A stretch of 57,185 bases of DNA from Ancylonema sp. (lineage: Eukaryota). A model generated the notes under the pieces. The model had not been told where the DNA came from. It searched no databases and saw nothing but the letters and a program-made list of their open reading frames with translations. Positions 1 to 13,569 of this stretch are shown piece by piece (position 1 is the stretch's first letter; the number at the start of each line of letters is the position of its first letter). The stretch is taken from the NCBI GenBank assembly GCA_050230475.1, contig JBFLGF010000164.1, positions 1 through 57,185 on the forward strand, read 5' to 3'. A program made the position numbers and the translations under genes.

Positions 1-2700
1 TCCCTGCGGATACCTCACCAGCCTCTTAATCCCCTCCCAATGCTGCTCTCCTAGATTCTGGCTACATCTAGAAAGGGAATTGACTACTGAAGCCATATGT
101 GAAGACTCCCCATAGGAGACTTGAAACCCACGTCCTCAATGGCAGCATGTACATCAACAGATCCGACATTTGCAGAGAACTCGACATCAATCTCAAGGGG
201 AGTTTATGCAGAATCGCATTTTGACATGCCATTTTTTTTTCAAAACCTTCCTTGTATACTTCTCCTTACATAAAAACACATTTCCATCTGGCTCCCTCCG
301 AATTTCCAAACCCAAGAGGAAATTTGTCTCTTCCAAGTCTTCCATATTGTACCTCCTACCAAGCCCTCATTTCACACCACAAATCTTTTTGATTTCAACG
401 CATAAAAGAAACAGATAGTCAACATACAAAGCCAGATAAAGAGCTTCCGGGCCTTCACCCAAATTGTACAGCCCAAAATTTGACTATAGACGGTGAAAAC
501 TTATCTCCTTTAGCGCATCATCAATGTGCTTGTTCTAGCCCCTAGGCCGTATAAGCACCAGAGAAACAACCAAACTTTGCCTTCCTCCCTAGGTTTGCAC
601 GCGCTATCAGGAGCTTCCATATAGATTTATTCCACAAGCGGAGCATATAGAAATGTAGTTGTCACATCCATTCGAACCTTTTGAAGCCCCCATAGCGACC
701 ACCTGACATATACTTTCAACTCTGATTGTTGGAGAGAATGTTTGATTATAATCGACTCCCTCTACTTGACTAAAACCTTTTTCAACAACTCTGGCTTTAA
801 GTTTCTCAACGCTTCCATTCGCATTCTTTTCTCGAAACACCCACTTAGACAACCACTTTCTTGCCCTTTGGCCTATCGACAAGACGACATATCTCAATAT
901 CTTCCAAACTGCCCCTTTTCGCATCCATTGTTGCTTGCTATTTAACTTTTATCCCGAAATATCGAGAGCTTCTTTGACTGTCTCTAGGGTATTTGCCTCA
1001 ACTTCATACCTAGCGACATAGCCTGCAACAAATGAGTTTGCTCGAAATATATTTCTGCGCTCATCGTGAGTTTTGAACAACTTCATATGTTGCTTGAACA
1101 ACCTTTTTAAGTTTGTATTTTGCAAGGCCTATCTCTAGATTTACAGGCATTGCTTCATCGGGGTACCATTCAGCACCATCTTCGAGTAGATCTTGAGCAC
1201 TGTCATCGCCACTGGAACTATTCACTAGCTCAGTATAATCGTCATTCCGAAGAAGAGGGGGTTCGTGAAGTTTTGGCAAGGGCCTTCCCACAACATCGGG
1301 AACCGCTTTATCAACATAAGGTCAAGTTCCATTGCCACGGTGTACAATAGCTTCACCACAAACGCTCCCTTGGAGCCCAATATCACTTGCTGTCATCGAT
1401 TTTGCCAACTCAAGGTCTAGCCACTTCATTTCATTAGCATCCTCCATTTCAAACAACTTTCCCTTTTTGCCGACATTTTCGGCTCTCCACCAACCAGCAC
1501 TGACAGATTCGTCGAAGTTAGCATGAGCGTGACTGACGTTATGCACCTCGTTTGTAGTTGGATCCCAGACTCTGTGGCAAGGGCTCTTTGGATTCCAACC
1601 AATCAGCACTCCAACACATGCTAGAGCTGCCATCTTGCCCTTACGATCTCGTTTCTCCACATACACTTTGCAGCCGTAAGATCGAAGATGACTGGCAATG
1701 GGAGTGGGTTTAGTCCACATTTTTTCAAGCGTCTTGGGCAAATTTGTCATCAGGTATCGATTTCATAGATCTGATGCATGAGATATTGCTTCACCTTAGA
1801 GGCCAAGAGGAATTTTTATGAGCAGAATCATGGAACAAGTTCTATTTTGCAAGGTTTTGTTCATGCGCTTTGTTAATTCGTTCGCTTGGAGGGTATTTCT
1901 TTTTGGTGAATTGTGAATCGTGATTGATGCCTTTGCCTTTCATCCACTGTCGAAAAACTACATCGATGAACTCTCCCCCCCTGTCAGATCGCACATTGTT
2001 GGCTGATTTGCGACTTTCCCTCTGCCAAATTGCGATTCACTCTTTCAAGCGAGGAGCTGCATCGTCTTTTTAGCGCAAAATATTCACCCATGATTTTCGG
2101 CTATACTCGTCGACGATGACCATATTGTAGACCCCGCCACCAATCGACGTTCGATTGAAAGATCCCGCTAGATCCACTAAAATTCTTCCCAAACATATTT
2201 TGTGGCCCGCTCCAGGCTCTCGACTTGAATGAAGCTGATCATGCGTTTTCTCAAGTTTGCAGCCCTCCCAATTGAGCATTGCACCGGAAATTCCACCTTC
2301 ATGTTTACGCACTGGATCCCCTTTCACCAAATTTGTGAGCACCCTCTCAATTGCGTGACCGAGTCGAGTATGCGGTGTGTTGACACCGATAACTGCGACA
2401 ATTGCTTCCCCTTCGACTTGTCGATTATGACAACTAGCGTGCACATTAAGGTATGGCGACCAGTTTTGAACTCTTGCATTGTGCAGATCTGCCTGTGTGA
2501 TTTGCATTGTGTAGACTCGAAATATGCCACGTGTTGGACCTTTGAAAGTTTACTTACACCCTTGCTCTCTCGTTTTGGCGTGAATACGTTATTGGTGTGC
2601 AAGATTGAATGGCAAGCTTTCCGTACAACAACTACGTCTCTCAGAGCTGGTCAATGACAAGTTTCGTGTGTTGGAATGATCGTGTCAATTATTGAAAAGG
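1..2700 (-). mobile_element. Degenerate Ty1/copia LTR retrotransposon pol region (GAG-pre-integrase, integrase, reverse transcriptase); continues beyond the window start
   Basis: Minus-strand fragments in copia domain order. Pre-integrase/integrase HTRLGH...CKLEK...VDLAG...MVIVDEYSRKSWV (2070-2507). Integrase tail HLRSYGCKVYV...GVLIGW...RVWDP (1322-1750). RVT_2 start KWVFREK...KLKARVVEKGFSQVEGVDYNQTFSP (607-924). RT motif QHWEGIKRLVRY near base 1. Many stops and frameshifts. Confidence 0.9.
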
Positions 2701-3302
2701 GACGGCATCGGGTTGATAATACCCCGAGGCCTCATACAATCGCAACGTCAATTATCGCCGATGGTCGGAACTATTGACCGTCGGTCTCTCACAACTCGAC
2801 ACCTAAGCAGACATGTCAACGGCTCATGTCGGACAATCTGACATGACTAGCAATCACCAATCATCACATGAAATCACATAGATAGGGAATCATATAGACT
2901 ACTTGTGCCATGAACGGCACAAATAATGACGACATCACAATCAAGTGGCCGGACACAAGTCCGCTCCCGCATATAAGCACATCCTAGGAATGCTACCGAT
3001 TACACTAACCGATCACGCCCGAAATAGGATACTAGCAAGAATGGCTATCCGATATAATTCCTACATCTCGCGTGTTGGCCACTATACAGATTCACTCGCA
3101 TCACTCGAATGTACACACAAATTTTCAAGTAATGACGTGTGGTTTGAAGTCGGCCGCCCAATAGGTTGTTCTCTCGTGTAGTTCACACGTCTTGCTCAAA
3201 AGGATTCATGAGGTAGTGTTCTTTGTTGTCTGGCCATCATGTTGACTCCGCAAGTATCGATGATAGACTGAGGTGGTTGGAGGGAATCTGATGGGATTGG
3301 TG

Positions 3303-3320
3303 GTCCGGCCGCACTCACCA
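3303..3320 (-). other. Candidate primer-binding site of the copia element (TGGTGAGTGCGGCCGGAC)
   Basis: Begins TGG on the minus strand (complementary to a tRNA CCA end) and lies upstream of the pol remnant. The matching tRNA was not identified and the LTR ends are not confirmed. Confidence 0.3.
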
Positions 3321-3695
3321 TTAAATTTTGTTTTCACTCAGCGCGCATTTTCTTGCACTATAAGATCGAAATAGTATTGCAAATTGAGTCTCTGCTCAGA
3401 TATCTAAGATATGTATCACACATCTCAGCGGTCTGGTGGAATTCACTACTTAACGTTGAGGGCAAGGTGAAAGATGGACTATGATACTGAAGTCTTGTGA
3501 AAATACTACAGTGAAAACATAATAGTCTGGTGCAGATTATTAAGGTTAACATCCGTAAGAGTTACTATTGGTACGAAAGTAAAGAAAGGAATAACGTATC
3601 AATGGATAGCGCAGGTATAGGATCGGTGCGAGTGTCATCGAGCGGGTATAAACAACAATTGCTGGCTCGGTGCGGGCGTCAGCAACACAATATAA

Positions 3696-3878
<183 letters not shown>

Positions 3879-4008
3879 TAATTGCTAGCTCAGAAAGAAC
3901 GTCTGTGAATCGACAGATTGCATACACATGCTGGCTCAGTGAGAGCGTCACCAAATTGATGCAAGATATTGCAAGCAATTACACGGCTAGCGTCATTATA
4001 TAGCCATT

Positions 4009-5265
4009 TACCGGATTGGTCATACATAATGACCCGGGTTTAAAAAAAAACAATTAACTTTCGTCGTGACCCACCAACTTGACCCGGAAAGAATATATTT
4101 ACTATCCCGTGACCCAAAATTATGACCCGGATAAATTATATTCATTATATCGTGATCCGGCAAGCGAAATGACCCACCTTTAAACAATACGTAATTTGTA
4201 CCGTATTAATTATGGCACTCGAAACCTTGGAAGGGTATCTTTCGGCCGTCGAATTTATTTCTGATATTCCCGGTTTTTGTCTTAGTGTACCGTTCATTTT
4301 ACACTAAAAAATCCTTTCACTTTCCTAAACCCCCGAATTTATTTACCGTTCATCCGTTCACTTTCCTTTATTTCAAATTTAGTCGCCGTTCATCCGTTCA
4401 CTCTTTAGTGGAAAACCCGTTCACTTTCCTTTCTATCAAATTTATTCGCCGGTCATCCGTTCACTTTAGGGTGAAAAACCCGTTCACTTTTTTTTATCTC
4501 AAATTCATTCGCCCTTCATCCGTTTACTTTACACCAAAAAAATCCGTTCACTTCCCTTTATCTCAAATTCATTCGCCGTTCATCCGTTCACTTTACAATA
4601 AAAAAAACGTTCACTTTCCTTCATCTGGATTTTATTTGCCGTTCAATTTTTCACTTTCGTTCAAAGGCCTTATCTCGGTGCGGTGCATTGTTGGCTCTAG
4701 ATTACGGCCTTGTAGACTGCATCCGACTCTCATACCTGAACACATATTGATGAAGTGGAAGAGTAGCGAAGAGTAGGTAGTGATAGAGTATGAGTATGTA
4801 ATGAGTAGTGACTAGTAAGTGAGTTTGTGGAGATATCCACATTCTTTCGGTTTTTTCGATTTTTCCATAATTTTCGGAATACACGAAAGGTGTATCGTGG
4901 TTTAAAAAATATGGAAACCCTAAGTTGTTTATCATGTTGGCTTGTGCGTGGTGCAAAAATATAAGAAAAATATACACCTTGATTAAACCCCAACACGTTC
5001 ATTCCCCCCCCTAAATTTGTGAAAAGGAAACCAATGACGATCGATTACGCCGCTACGGGACCACGATTGAATCTTGGCGATCGGGATCCAACCACATGTA
5101 TTTTGAGCAAAAAATCGAATAAAATCGAGTTTATGAGGTTGACTCACTACGCCGGATTTCGGAGTTTATAGCGTGGCCCAACCCCAAACAAACGAATTCT
5201 CTAATTTGACCCGACCCACGCATTCAATGATTATTTGCGGGTCATTATGTATGGCCAGTACGGTA
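4009..5265. mobile_element. MITE family 1 ends (TA-flanked, CCGTA-type TIR): one split copy or two truncated copies, 4009-4198 and 5166-5265
   Basis: Left end TACCGGATTGGTCATACATAATGACCCG and right end CGGGTCATTATGTATGGCCAGTACGGTA are inverted repeats. Both match the intact copies at 11932-12173 and 18971-19204. Confidence 0.65.
4288..4657. repeat. Degenerate tandem repeat, about 62-bp unit, about 6 copies (core CGCCGTTCATCCGTTCACTTT)
   Basis: Recurring unit ccgttcactttcctttatctcaaattcattcgccgttcatccgttcacttt...aaaa. Confidence 0.8.
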
Positions 5266-6229
5266 TATGCATTTTGATGCAAAAAATACGCTATGCACCT
5301 TTTTCGACGACTTGACTGACAACTTTTAATGCGACAAACACAGTCACGTTTACTTTCTCTAACGTCCAGGCATCCCTTTCGAGGCAACAATCGGCAAGAG
5401 GACTCTATAAAGCGTATGAAGATCCGGATTATCGACCAGTGTTACTCGAGTAACATCTCACGACTAAGTGCCCTATATCAACAATTCACTTAACACGTGC
5501 ATGCACACCACGAAAAAGTTGTCCGCCAATCAAGGCACTTATGTTACAGTTTTCTTTCTTTTTTCAATTTGAATATAAAATGGGTTCGGTGCTCCAATCT
5601 GGGCTCAGGTGTCAGCTCCAAGCTCTTGGGTTCTAGGCTCGGAGCAAGGTTTTGGGCTTTGACCGTGACTCAGGGTTTTTACCTCCGCAATATTCACCGC
5701 GGTAAGTGAAGTAACATCCGCGCCCAACCGTACCCAACCGTTTTTGGTTGGCCCAACCGGGTGGATTTTATACATCCGCAGTTCAACTGCCACCCAGTTG
5801 GGAAGGTGGCTTCTTGGTGGGATACAATTGGGCTAGAGATTGGCGAGCGCACTGGCAACCCTTGCGCTTAGCGCTCCAAGCTAAACGAGTGCAACAACAC
5901 GCAAGAGCGTTCTAGAGCGCAAATCGCAATTGTTGTGCTTCAACATTTACGGAATATAAACCTCGGTTTTCTAACCCCGAAGTTTTTATTTCGAGCAATG
6001 GGAGAATACAAGTTACCTTTTTGTTACATGAGCATGCATCTACCTCGTTAAAAGTATATTTTCAGATTTCCTTGTATCACATCTGTAAAGATTCACGTTA
6101 GTGCTAATATTCGAGAATACGGTAGAATGACATGCCCACACGGACATGACCAATACAAACTTATCGCCACGTGTGAAGACATGATTATATCTTAGGGCAC
6201 ATAGGTGTATCGCCCTTATCACCCACTAT

Positions 6230-6312
6230 CATAGTTGGTCCCCGATCCCTCAATCCCCAATCCGGGTCCGTGCTAAATTGGAGATTATAAGATCGGATCG
6301 GGACCAACTATG
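6230..6312. mobile_element. Tiny hAT-like MITE (TIR CATAGTTGGTCCC)
   Basis: CATAGTTGGTCCCCGATCC at the left end and GGATCGGGACCAACTATG at the right end. The CATAGTTGG terminus is shared with the elements at 11684 and 54074. No clear TSD. Confidence 0.65.
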
Positions 6313-7378
6313 CCATTGTAGTAAGAATTAAAACTTCAAAAGCCGAATTCGAAACCCAAAACTACGAAGTCGCATCCCGATTGCAACCCCATTCCTCCTC
6401 GAATACTTACTCTTATACCCCGATTACTACTCTATATAGTAAGACGAACACAATCATGTGGTACTCGCCGACTTGAATCCCCAAAAAGAAAAGAAAATGG
6501 GGGGGGGTGGTTATACCCCATTTTAGGTCCCTTTACTCGAAACAAGCATTTTAGGTCCCTCCACTCGAAATAAGCATTTTAGGTCCCTTCACCCCATTCT
6601 CCAGGCCACTGCGGCAATCAAGTTCGTTCTACCATCTAATGAGAACACCCACCCCTATGATGGGGTAGCCCTAAAGTGAACCCTGGTAATAACCCGTGGT
6701 AGCCCTGATAACAACCCCTAATATCCTCCACCAGCCCATAATAGCCCCTAAAGATGGCCCATGATAGCCCTCAACAATGCATCAGCTCCCGTGACCTTCC
6801 TAGCCCCAAATAAAGGCCGATATTGAAAAAAAATTAGTACCCCGTCGCGGAACGCAACTAATCGATTTGGGTCCGTGCTCTAGGCTCCCAACTCGCGAAA
6901 CGCTTCAAAACACCCCAAAAAAACGACTCCCCCCGAGATCCGCAAAAATCGGGAGCAGCGAGGAGATATTGAAGGGTTTTTATTTTTGAAAATAGCGCCA
7001 ATCATGTCCGGCGCTGGAGGATTACCCCTTTCTGGGTAAGGAACGATTCCAAAATTTGTGAGGAATGGAATTTTCGAATACACCAAACGCAAATTTTCAG
7101 AGATCCTTTCCGTACCCTCTCCCCGGCCCCAAATAATAATGGCCGGTACGGTATATTAATTTTGGAATATGAGATTCTTCAATTCCTTTTCGTGGAAGGA
7201 AGATTTTGAAGCTCACCCCAAATCTCAATTCAAGAAATCCCTTATTTAAAGACCAAATCCAATTCATATAAAAGAGGACACAAAGGTGATGGTGACAAAA
7301 AAAAATCGGAAGTGAGTCCAAGTTCATATTTTACACTACGGTTGCGTACTACACTGTACAAAGCTTCTTGTGCCCCCC

Positions 7379-9339
7379 CTAGAAAGCGAGCCATTCTTGG
7401 AAATACGTGCATGTACTTGGAGACACAAGCCCGTCTTTTGAGCAATCCAAGAGGACCTACACCAAAAACAAAAATTGTGGTGACATTATACAAACATGGC
7501 AAAGTGGTCAAAAAAATATTAGATCGACAAGAAAAGGGGGGAGGGAGGGGAAACAACAAACAAAAAAAAAAACAAACAAAAAAAACAAACTTGAAACATT
7601 GGCACCACTTTGCAGAAATTGCACACACTCCCTCATGTCCCTCCCTCCCTCTTTTGTTGCCTTCACCAAGATGCACCTTCCTTTTTCCCTCTCTCGTTCA
7701 CAAACCCATTCTATTTCCTCTTCTCTCACCGGACATATCCCACAGGGAATGCTGGTCAGTCCCGAGGAGGGGGGCACAGCATCTTGAGAAACTTGATAAT
7801 ACCTCATGCCCTGCCCAACCAAGCGAGCCCACACCAATTAGCGACCCCGTCATTTTGAAACCACAGAAAATCACCCTTTAATTACCCCATAACATGGTCA
7901 GGTTTGCAAAACTGGACACCCTCACCCTCACTGACCCTCACCTAAATAAACAGACCCCATCCTCAAAACGCGAACAAATAAAACAACCGAACAAACAAAC
8001 AAAGTAACAAAGAAACAAAAAGACAAATATACAAACACACCAAAGCAAAAATAGAACAAAAAAACAGACCACAAAATACATAACAAAAAAAAAAAAAAAA
8101 AAAAATGAACAAACCCTTACAGTGAACTCAAACTCCCCCCCCCCAAAAAAAAGACCCAAAGGAAAAAAAAAAAAAAAAAAAAAAAAAAGAAGTGGGCTTC
8201 ACGTGTGCAATTTCGCTCTCTTTCCCCACCCCGCTGCTCATCCTCTCCTCCACCTCCCCGTCATACACGAGCGAGTTCACCACTTGCAAATATTCCTCCG
8301 CCCTTAACTCGGCAGAGGTCGAGGTGATCACACCCGAACTGCGCACGTGGTCGATCACCTCCTCAAGCGAGACTTGGCCCTGAAGGGGAAGGGGGAACGG
8401 GAACCGTTGATAACCGTAACCGTGACCCGTTGATAACCGTGACCGTAACCGGGTTTCCAACCACCAATAACAGGTACGCAATAGATACAAGTGGGAAACT
8501 GTACTGCGACTCGCGGTCATGGACCAGGTTCAACAAACCATTCTAGTTGGTACACATTCGTTCTTTTGGGGGGGAGGATGTATTTTACAAGACATAAACT
8601 GGTGCTGTTATACGGTGCGTGTATTAAAGTAACGTACCGTTCTCTATTCTTCCCCCACCCCAAAATGATTCGATGTCGATACCCCCATACAGCCCAAATC
8701 TTGAATTGATTTTCTTACCCCACCCCAGCCCCGCATAATTCGTCAGAGGGGTATTGAATCTGGCCGTCACGGTACACTGAACGAAGTACGGGGGGGGGGG
8801 GGAAACATCTGTCCCTACAACGAGATTGTCTCTACAACGAGTCTCCTTATATCGAGGTACGACCCCAAAAAGCGCACCCACAAAAAAAAAAAACCGTCCC
8901 TTATACCCCCCTCCCAATAAAAATCATGCCCCCCCCCCCCCCACCTCTCTCATGATAAAGTGCAGGCATTGCTTCCTGAGCACCCCGATGAGATCCGTGT
9001 CCAGCTCGTTGTCCGTATACCAAACACCGCCCGTGATTTCTCTGGAGGGCTCCAGCTCGGCGAGCATGTACACCTTGCGGTTCTTGCCCTGGACAACCCC
9101 AACCGACCCCCAACCGCACCCCCAACCTAGGATGTGAGGGTGGGGGCATTTGTGCGTAGGAGAGCCCCGACTGGGTTTGTGCCTTCTTCAGATACTGTTG
9201 GCATTCTCATTTGTTACCGCGATGGATTTGTGGCCCTTTTTTAAGAGTTATTATTACTTTCTACCGAGATGGATTTGTGCCTTGTCAGTTATAGCTGTTA
9301 ATATCATTAGTATATTATTATTGTCATTATTACTATTAC

Positions 9340-9371
<32 letters not shown>

Positions 9372-9392
9372 TCATCATCATCCTCATCATCA

Positions 9393-9438
<46 letters not shown>

Positions 9439-9439
9439 G

Positions 9440-9522
<83 letters not shown>

Positions 9523-11399
9523 TATTATTATTAATTATTGAGTAGTATTATTATTATTATTATAATTATTATCATTATAGTTATTATGATTATTAATACT
9601 ATTATTATTTATTACCGCAATGGATTTGACTGCTATGATGAGTCTTCGTCCCTCAAGCGTCTTCAGGATCTTGTTAATCTGCGGCTGAAGAAGTTTGCTG
9701 ACGCGCTTCATGTCTTTCGTCCAGATGCCTGAAAAAGAAAGGAAATCGAAAGGAAATCGACAGGAAATCTAAAGGAAAGCGGGGAGGGAGAGGGTGGCCC
9801 CTCAGAGACTCCATTCTGCGGAGTACTCATTCTGATTCTGTGTGGAGCGAGTGCAGACCTTTGTTTCCGGACTGCTCTATGGTTTGGTACACCAACCAGT
9901 CTTCTGACGACAGACCCATCAACCTGGGGGGGGGGGGGAGGGGGGACCAATGGGGAGGAGGTAGGAATGAGGAGGAGAAGATCGATGCAGAAGATTATTA
10001 ATGCAGAGGAGTTTCTAATGCGGAGGTGTTTTATCAATGGGGTGAGTTATCAATGCAGAGGAGTTACTAAGGGGGAGGAGTTACTAAGGGGGAGGAGTTA
10101 CTAATGTAGAGAAGTTATTAATGGGGAGGAGTTACTAATGGAGAGAAGTTATTAATGCGGAGGAGTTATCAATGGGGAGGAGTTACTAATGCGGAGGAAT
10201 AAGTAATGCTGAGGAATTACAAATGCTGGAGATATGTATCTGCAGGGGGGGTTAAAACTGGGGGGCATTTATTATTGCATCAAAAGACAATGTAAGATTT
10301 TACTAACATATCTTTCACTTGTGATAAAAAATATTCATCACTACTGAAGATATGTTACAGAACTCCTCCCCCCGCCCCCCCTTACTGCATAATATTACAA
10401 CCATATGATTATAACCATTTATCATAAGGCGAGATGGACCTACTTCTGTGCCACCTGTGCGCTCTGGTCCCTATAAAGCAGAGTGGAGCCACGTTGGAAA
10501 ATTTGGAGGAGATGCTGGGACAACCAAAAGGAGAAACATGAAGTGAGTCACGGAGGTCAGTCTCCTGAGAAGCTGACAGGTGGCAGAAGAATCGGCTGAT
10601 GGTTGAACTGTCCATATCTTGTTTTGTTGACTTCTCATTCTCTTGTTCCCTTTTTTTCCGCGCATGCAGGCATCATGGATTGAGGACCGCACAAAACAAA
10701 ATAACATGCACAGACAGCCACTAATATGGATGTATGTATGATGTGTACGTGTAGACTACGAATGTGCATGCACAAATGTATACACAAATGTATCAATTAC
10801 TCATGTAGATGATATTTGCATGTATGTATGTGTATGTGTACAGAAAAACATGTATTTACACATGGACATAGGCATGGATGTATGTATATTTACTGGTTAT
10901 ACATGCAATTCTCACGCCGAGAAAGCGGTTTCGAGACCGGTTGAAGTTTAAACTCGACGTTACAGCTACTTAAATATCATAAGAGTGTCACTGCACTTGC
11001 TGCAATATATCTTTTCATAAAATTACTGCTTGGTTTAATCTGACAGGCTGTTTGTCGTTCAGTGATTACGCTGAGATCAGTGACATTGTCCAGAAAGACT
11101 TTCAGGTCTGTAAGAAGGAAGTTGGCCCCCACACACCTTGCTGAGCAGCGAGTTAATTGTTTGAAGGCGTTCATCCAAGCTCATGTCAGGAAGCTCCTCC
11201 GCGAAATTGACATCAGACGCTCCCTACACCAGTGCACAGGATTCAGGAACCTCATCACATCCTCCTCACAAAAGCTGACACACAGCCCTCGTTCTCTTTG
11301 AACGGCTCGCCGTAAAATGTGAGGCAATGCTCCCATTCCTACCTCTGCATACTGACGGCAGACTGCCAGGATCTCGTCTTCCGCACGCGTTGTCGCCAT
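7379..11399 (-). CDS. POLR3F: DNA-directed RNA polymerase III subunit RPC6 (RPC34/C39), 9 exons, about 281 aa
   Basis: GT-AG exons 11399-11343, 11223-11137, 10514-10444, 9923-9859, 9728-9616, 9088-8945, 8379-~8230 (donor uncertain), 7810-7730 and 7456-7379 join in frame. Motifs: LVYQTIEQSGNKGIWTKDMK, KILKTLEGRRLIIAVKSI, RKVYMLAELEPSREITGGVWY, SLVYDGEVE, and C-terminal PCGICPVLLDC...SPSTCTYFQEWL (the four-Cys Fe-S motif of RPC6). Confidence 0.93.
9310..9613. repeat. (ATT)n/(ATC)n microsatellite in RPC6 intron 5
   Basis: Long imperfect trinucleotide run. Confidence 0.97.
10000..10230. repeat. 17-bp minisatellite (AATGSRGAGGAGTTACT-like), about 13 copies, in RPC6 intron 3
   Basis: Tandem units such as aagggggaggagttact, aatggggaggagttact and aatgcggaggagttatc. 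Confidence 0.85.
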
Positions 11400-11931
11400 A
11401 ATCCCTACTAAAATCAAAATTTCTTTAAGCGGAGTTTTTCCCCTCCCCAAAACGCACTCGCCCCTGCTCTTCTAGCACGCCAGACCCCACTCCGCAAAAA
11501 AAACCGAGGGGGACTCGAGTGGCAGCTGACACGAGCTGCAGCGCATGTGGTACAGAAAGAGTAGGAGGTATAGAGAGTCTGCGTAAGTGAGTTACCCGAC
11601 CGCGTGGTCCACCAGGAAGCCATGCATCAGAAGAAGGCGAGGATTTTGCCGGAAAGCCGTGGAGGGTGGCAAGGGGTTCAACCCATAGTTGGACCCGCCC
11701 CGCAAATCCCGCCCCGCTTTTTCGCCCCGGGCGATCTCGCCCCGGGCGGCGTCCCGGGCGGGAAATTTCCCGCCCGAGGCGGGGCCATAGAGGTTTTTTA
11801 GGTTTTTGGTCAAAGGATCCCAAGACCACGTAGATAATGTACATATTTTAAAAAGTCAAATCCGACAAGTATTCAAAATTTCATAACACTGAGTACGCCT
11901 GCCATCTTTACCCGTGTAATATTCTTTTGTA

Positions 11932-12173
11932 TACCGTACTGGCCACACATAATGACCCGCAAATAATTATAAGGTGGGTGGGTCGGGTCAAATTAAATAA
12001 TTCAATTTTACAAAAAAGTGGGTCATTCTATAATGTGGGTCACCAGATGATAATTATTTTTCAGGGTTTTTAGAAATTTTATACTGGATGCGCGGGTTGG
12101 GTCAAGTGGTGGTTTCTTAGTTAAATTAATTCGTTTCTTAAAACCCGGGTCATTATGTATGGCCACTACGGTA
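11932..12173. mobile_element. MITE family 1 (Tc1/mariner superfamily, Tc2/pogo-like CCGTA ends, TA TSD)
   Basis: TA-CCGTACTGGCCACACATAATGACCCG ... CGGGTCATTATGTATGGCCACTACGG-TA, a 26-bp imperfect TIR. Confidence 0.88.
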
Positions 12174-12358
12174 TCTAAAGTTTTTTTTTTTTTTTTTTTT
12201 TTTTTTCAGTCGCATAATTCCACACCACGCCACGGAGTCGGACTCATGGATGACATTAGATCATGTCGGACTTGTGGCGTATGGTGCACATTGTGCAAGA
12301 AGTCGGTTTTTAAAAAAACCAGCCATATCTCCGCATTGCGGCATTTTTTTTTTGGGGG

Positions 12359-12633
12359 TACCGTACTGGGCACTGTAAATGATTTCTGTTTTTTCAAAAC
12401 GAATTAATTTGTTAATAATTTGTAATAAATATTTCGGGAATCCGGTAGTTATTATTGATGATTTTTAGCAATAATTTCTTGAAACCTACATACAAAATTC
12501 TAAACAAATCCAAAAGTGGTATAAATATCAATGATTTTTGGTTGATGATTCCGACCTCAGAGGTATTAATATAAATGATTGAATTCGGGTTTCAATAATA
12601 AATTAAATTTCATTTACGGTGCCCAGTACGGTA
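12359..12633. mobile_element. MITE family 2 (CCGTA ends, TA TSD)
   Basis: TA-CCGTACTGGGCACTGTAAATG ... CATTTACGGTGCCCAGTACGG-TA. Related ends also occur at about 23227 and 27616. Confidence 0.88.
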
Positions 12634-13030
12634 TTTTGGCCTTTGGCCCCGCCCCGCAAATCTCGCCCCGCTTTCCGCTCCGGGCGAGATCGCCCCGAGT
12701 GGCGCTCCGTGCGAGAAATATCTCGCCCGGGGCGGGGTCCACTATGGTTCAACCTGATCTCAAGGTGCCTCTTTCTGCCCAGAGTACAGCTTCTTCAACC
12801 ACCCGTATTTTGTTCTTGACATGCCAGCAAACAATGCCATTACCTGATCTTCTGCGCTGATTGGAAATTTTTGATGTACACACTCTTTGATGATCGACAA
12901 TAAAGTATTCTTGGTTTCTCTGATTGGCATCTTTTCATCGATCATGAAAGAGTTCAGCTTTTCTTTTGCAATTTGTCGAAGTTCTAGAGACACCTTGTTC
13001 ATCGCGTTCCGCGCCTTGAGGGGGGGGTAC

Positions 13031-13494
13031 TGTTAGGACCCTCGCTACAGTCACTAGGGCTACCTAGCGAGGTCCCCACACTTAGCGCTAGAGCACTACG
13101 AGAGCATATGTCCCTATAGCGAGTTTTCCCTCTTTAGAGTGAGACTTGTGTCCCTAGCGGCCGCCTGGCCCCTAGGGAGTATTCTTTTGTGTCCTTAGTC
13201 ATGGCAATAGTGCCTTTAGTCAGATTCTGTTGTGTACTTAGCCGCCCTTGACTTAGTTATCCCACATTGTTCCCAGAGTCGGCTAGGGCCGACTTTCCTA
13301 TATCTAGCCGATAGGAATGCCTCGAGAGCATTCCTACAACTCATGTACTTGCACCTTGTTGTGCCTACCATATCAACCAAACCATTTGATCAACGGCTCA
13401 TTAGCCTCCATTCTATCGGCTCATTTCGCCATTGCTTTGTGTGTGCACTTGCAACATAGATTGCTAGGAGTTCCATTCTATTCCACTCCTAACA
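13031..13494 (+). mobile_element. Ty3/gypsy-type 3' LTR (464 bp) preceded by a polypurine tract
   Basis: Inverted termini TGTTAGGA...TCCTAACA. The tract GAGGGGGGGGTAC lies immediately upstream (about 13018-13030). Confidence 0.8.
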
Positions 13495-13569
13495 TGTGGC
13501 CTGGGGGGGTGTGTAAACATATCTACCAGGCCTGTCTAGGCGGGCAGCAGCGAGGCCGTTCTCGACGTT

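Larger units (their letters stand above)
11684..12746. mobile_element. Non-autonomous hAT DNA transposon upstream of RPC6, containing two nested MITEs
   Basis: TIRs CATAGTTGGACCCGCCCCG / CGGGGCGGGGTCCACTATG. Perfect 8-bp TSD GTTCAACC at 11676-11683 and 12747-12754. GC-rich CGCCCC subterminal repeats at both ends. Confidence 0.9.

Noticed and set aside
4288..4657. CRISPR-like repeat/spacer appearance
   Set aside because: The intervening segments resemble each other (a tandem repeat rather than unique spacers), there are no cas genes, and the context is eukaryotic.
7312..7881. 189-aa plus-strand ORF
   Set aside because: It is antisense to the last RPC6 exons and A-rich intron sequence, with no motif support.
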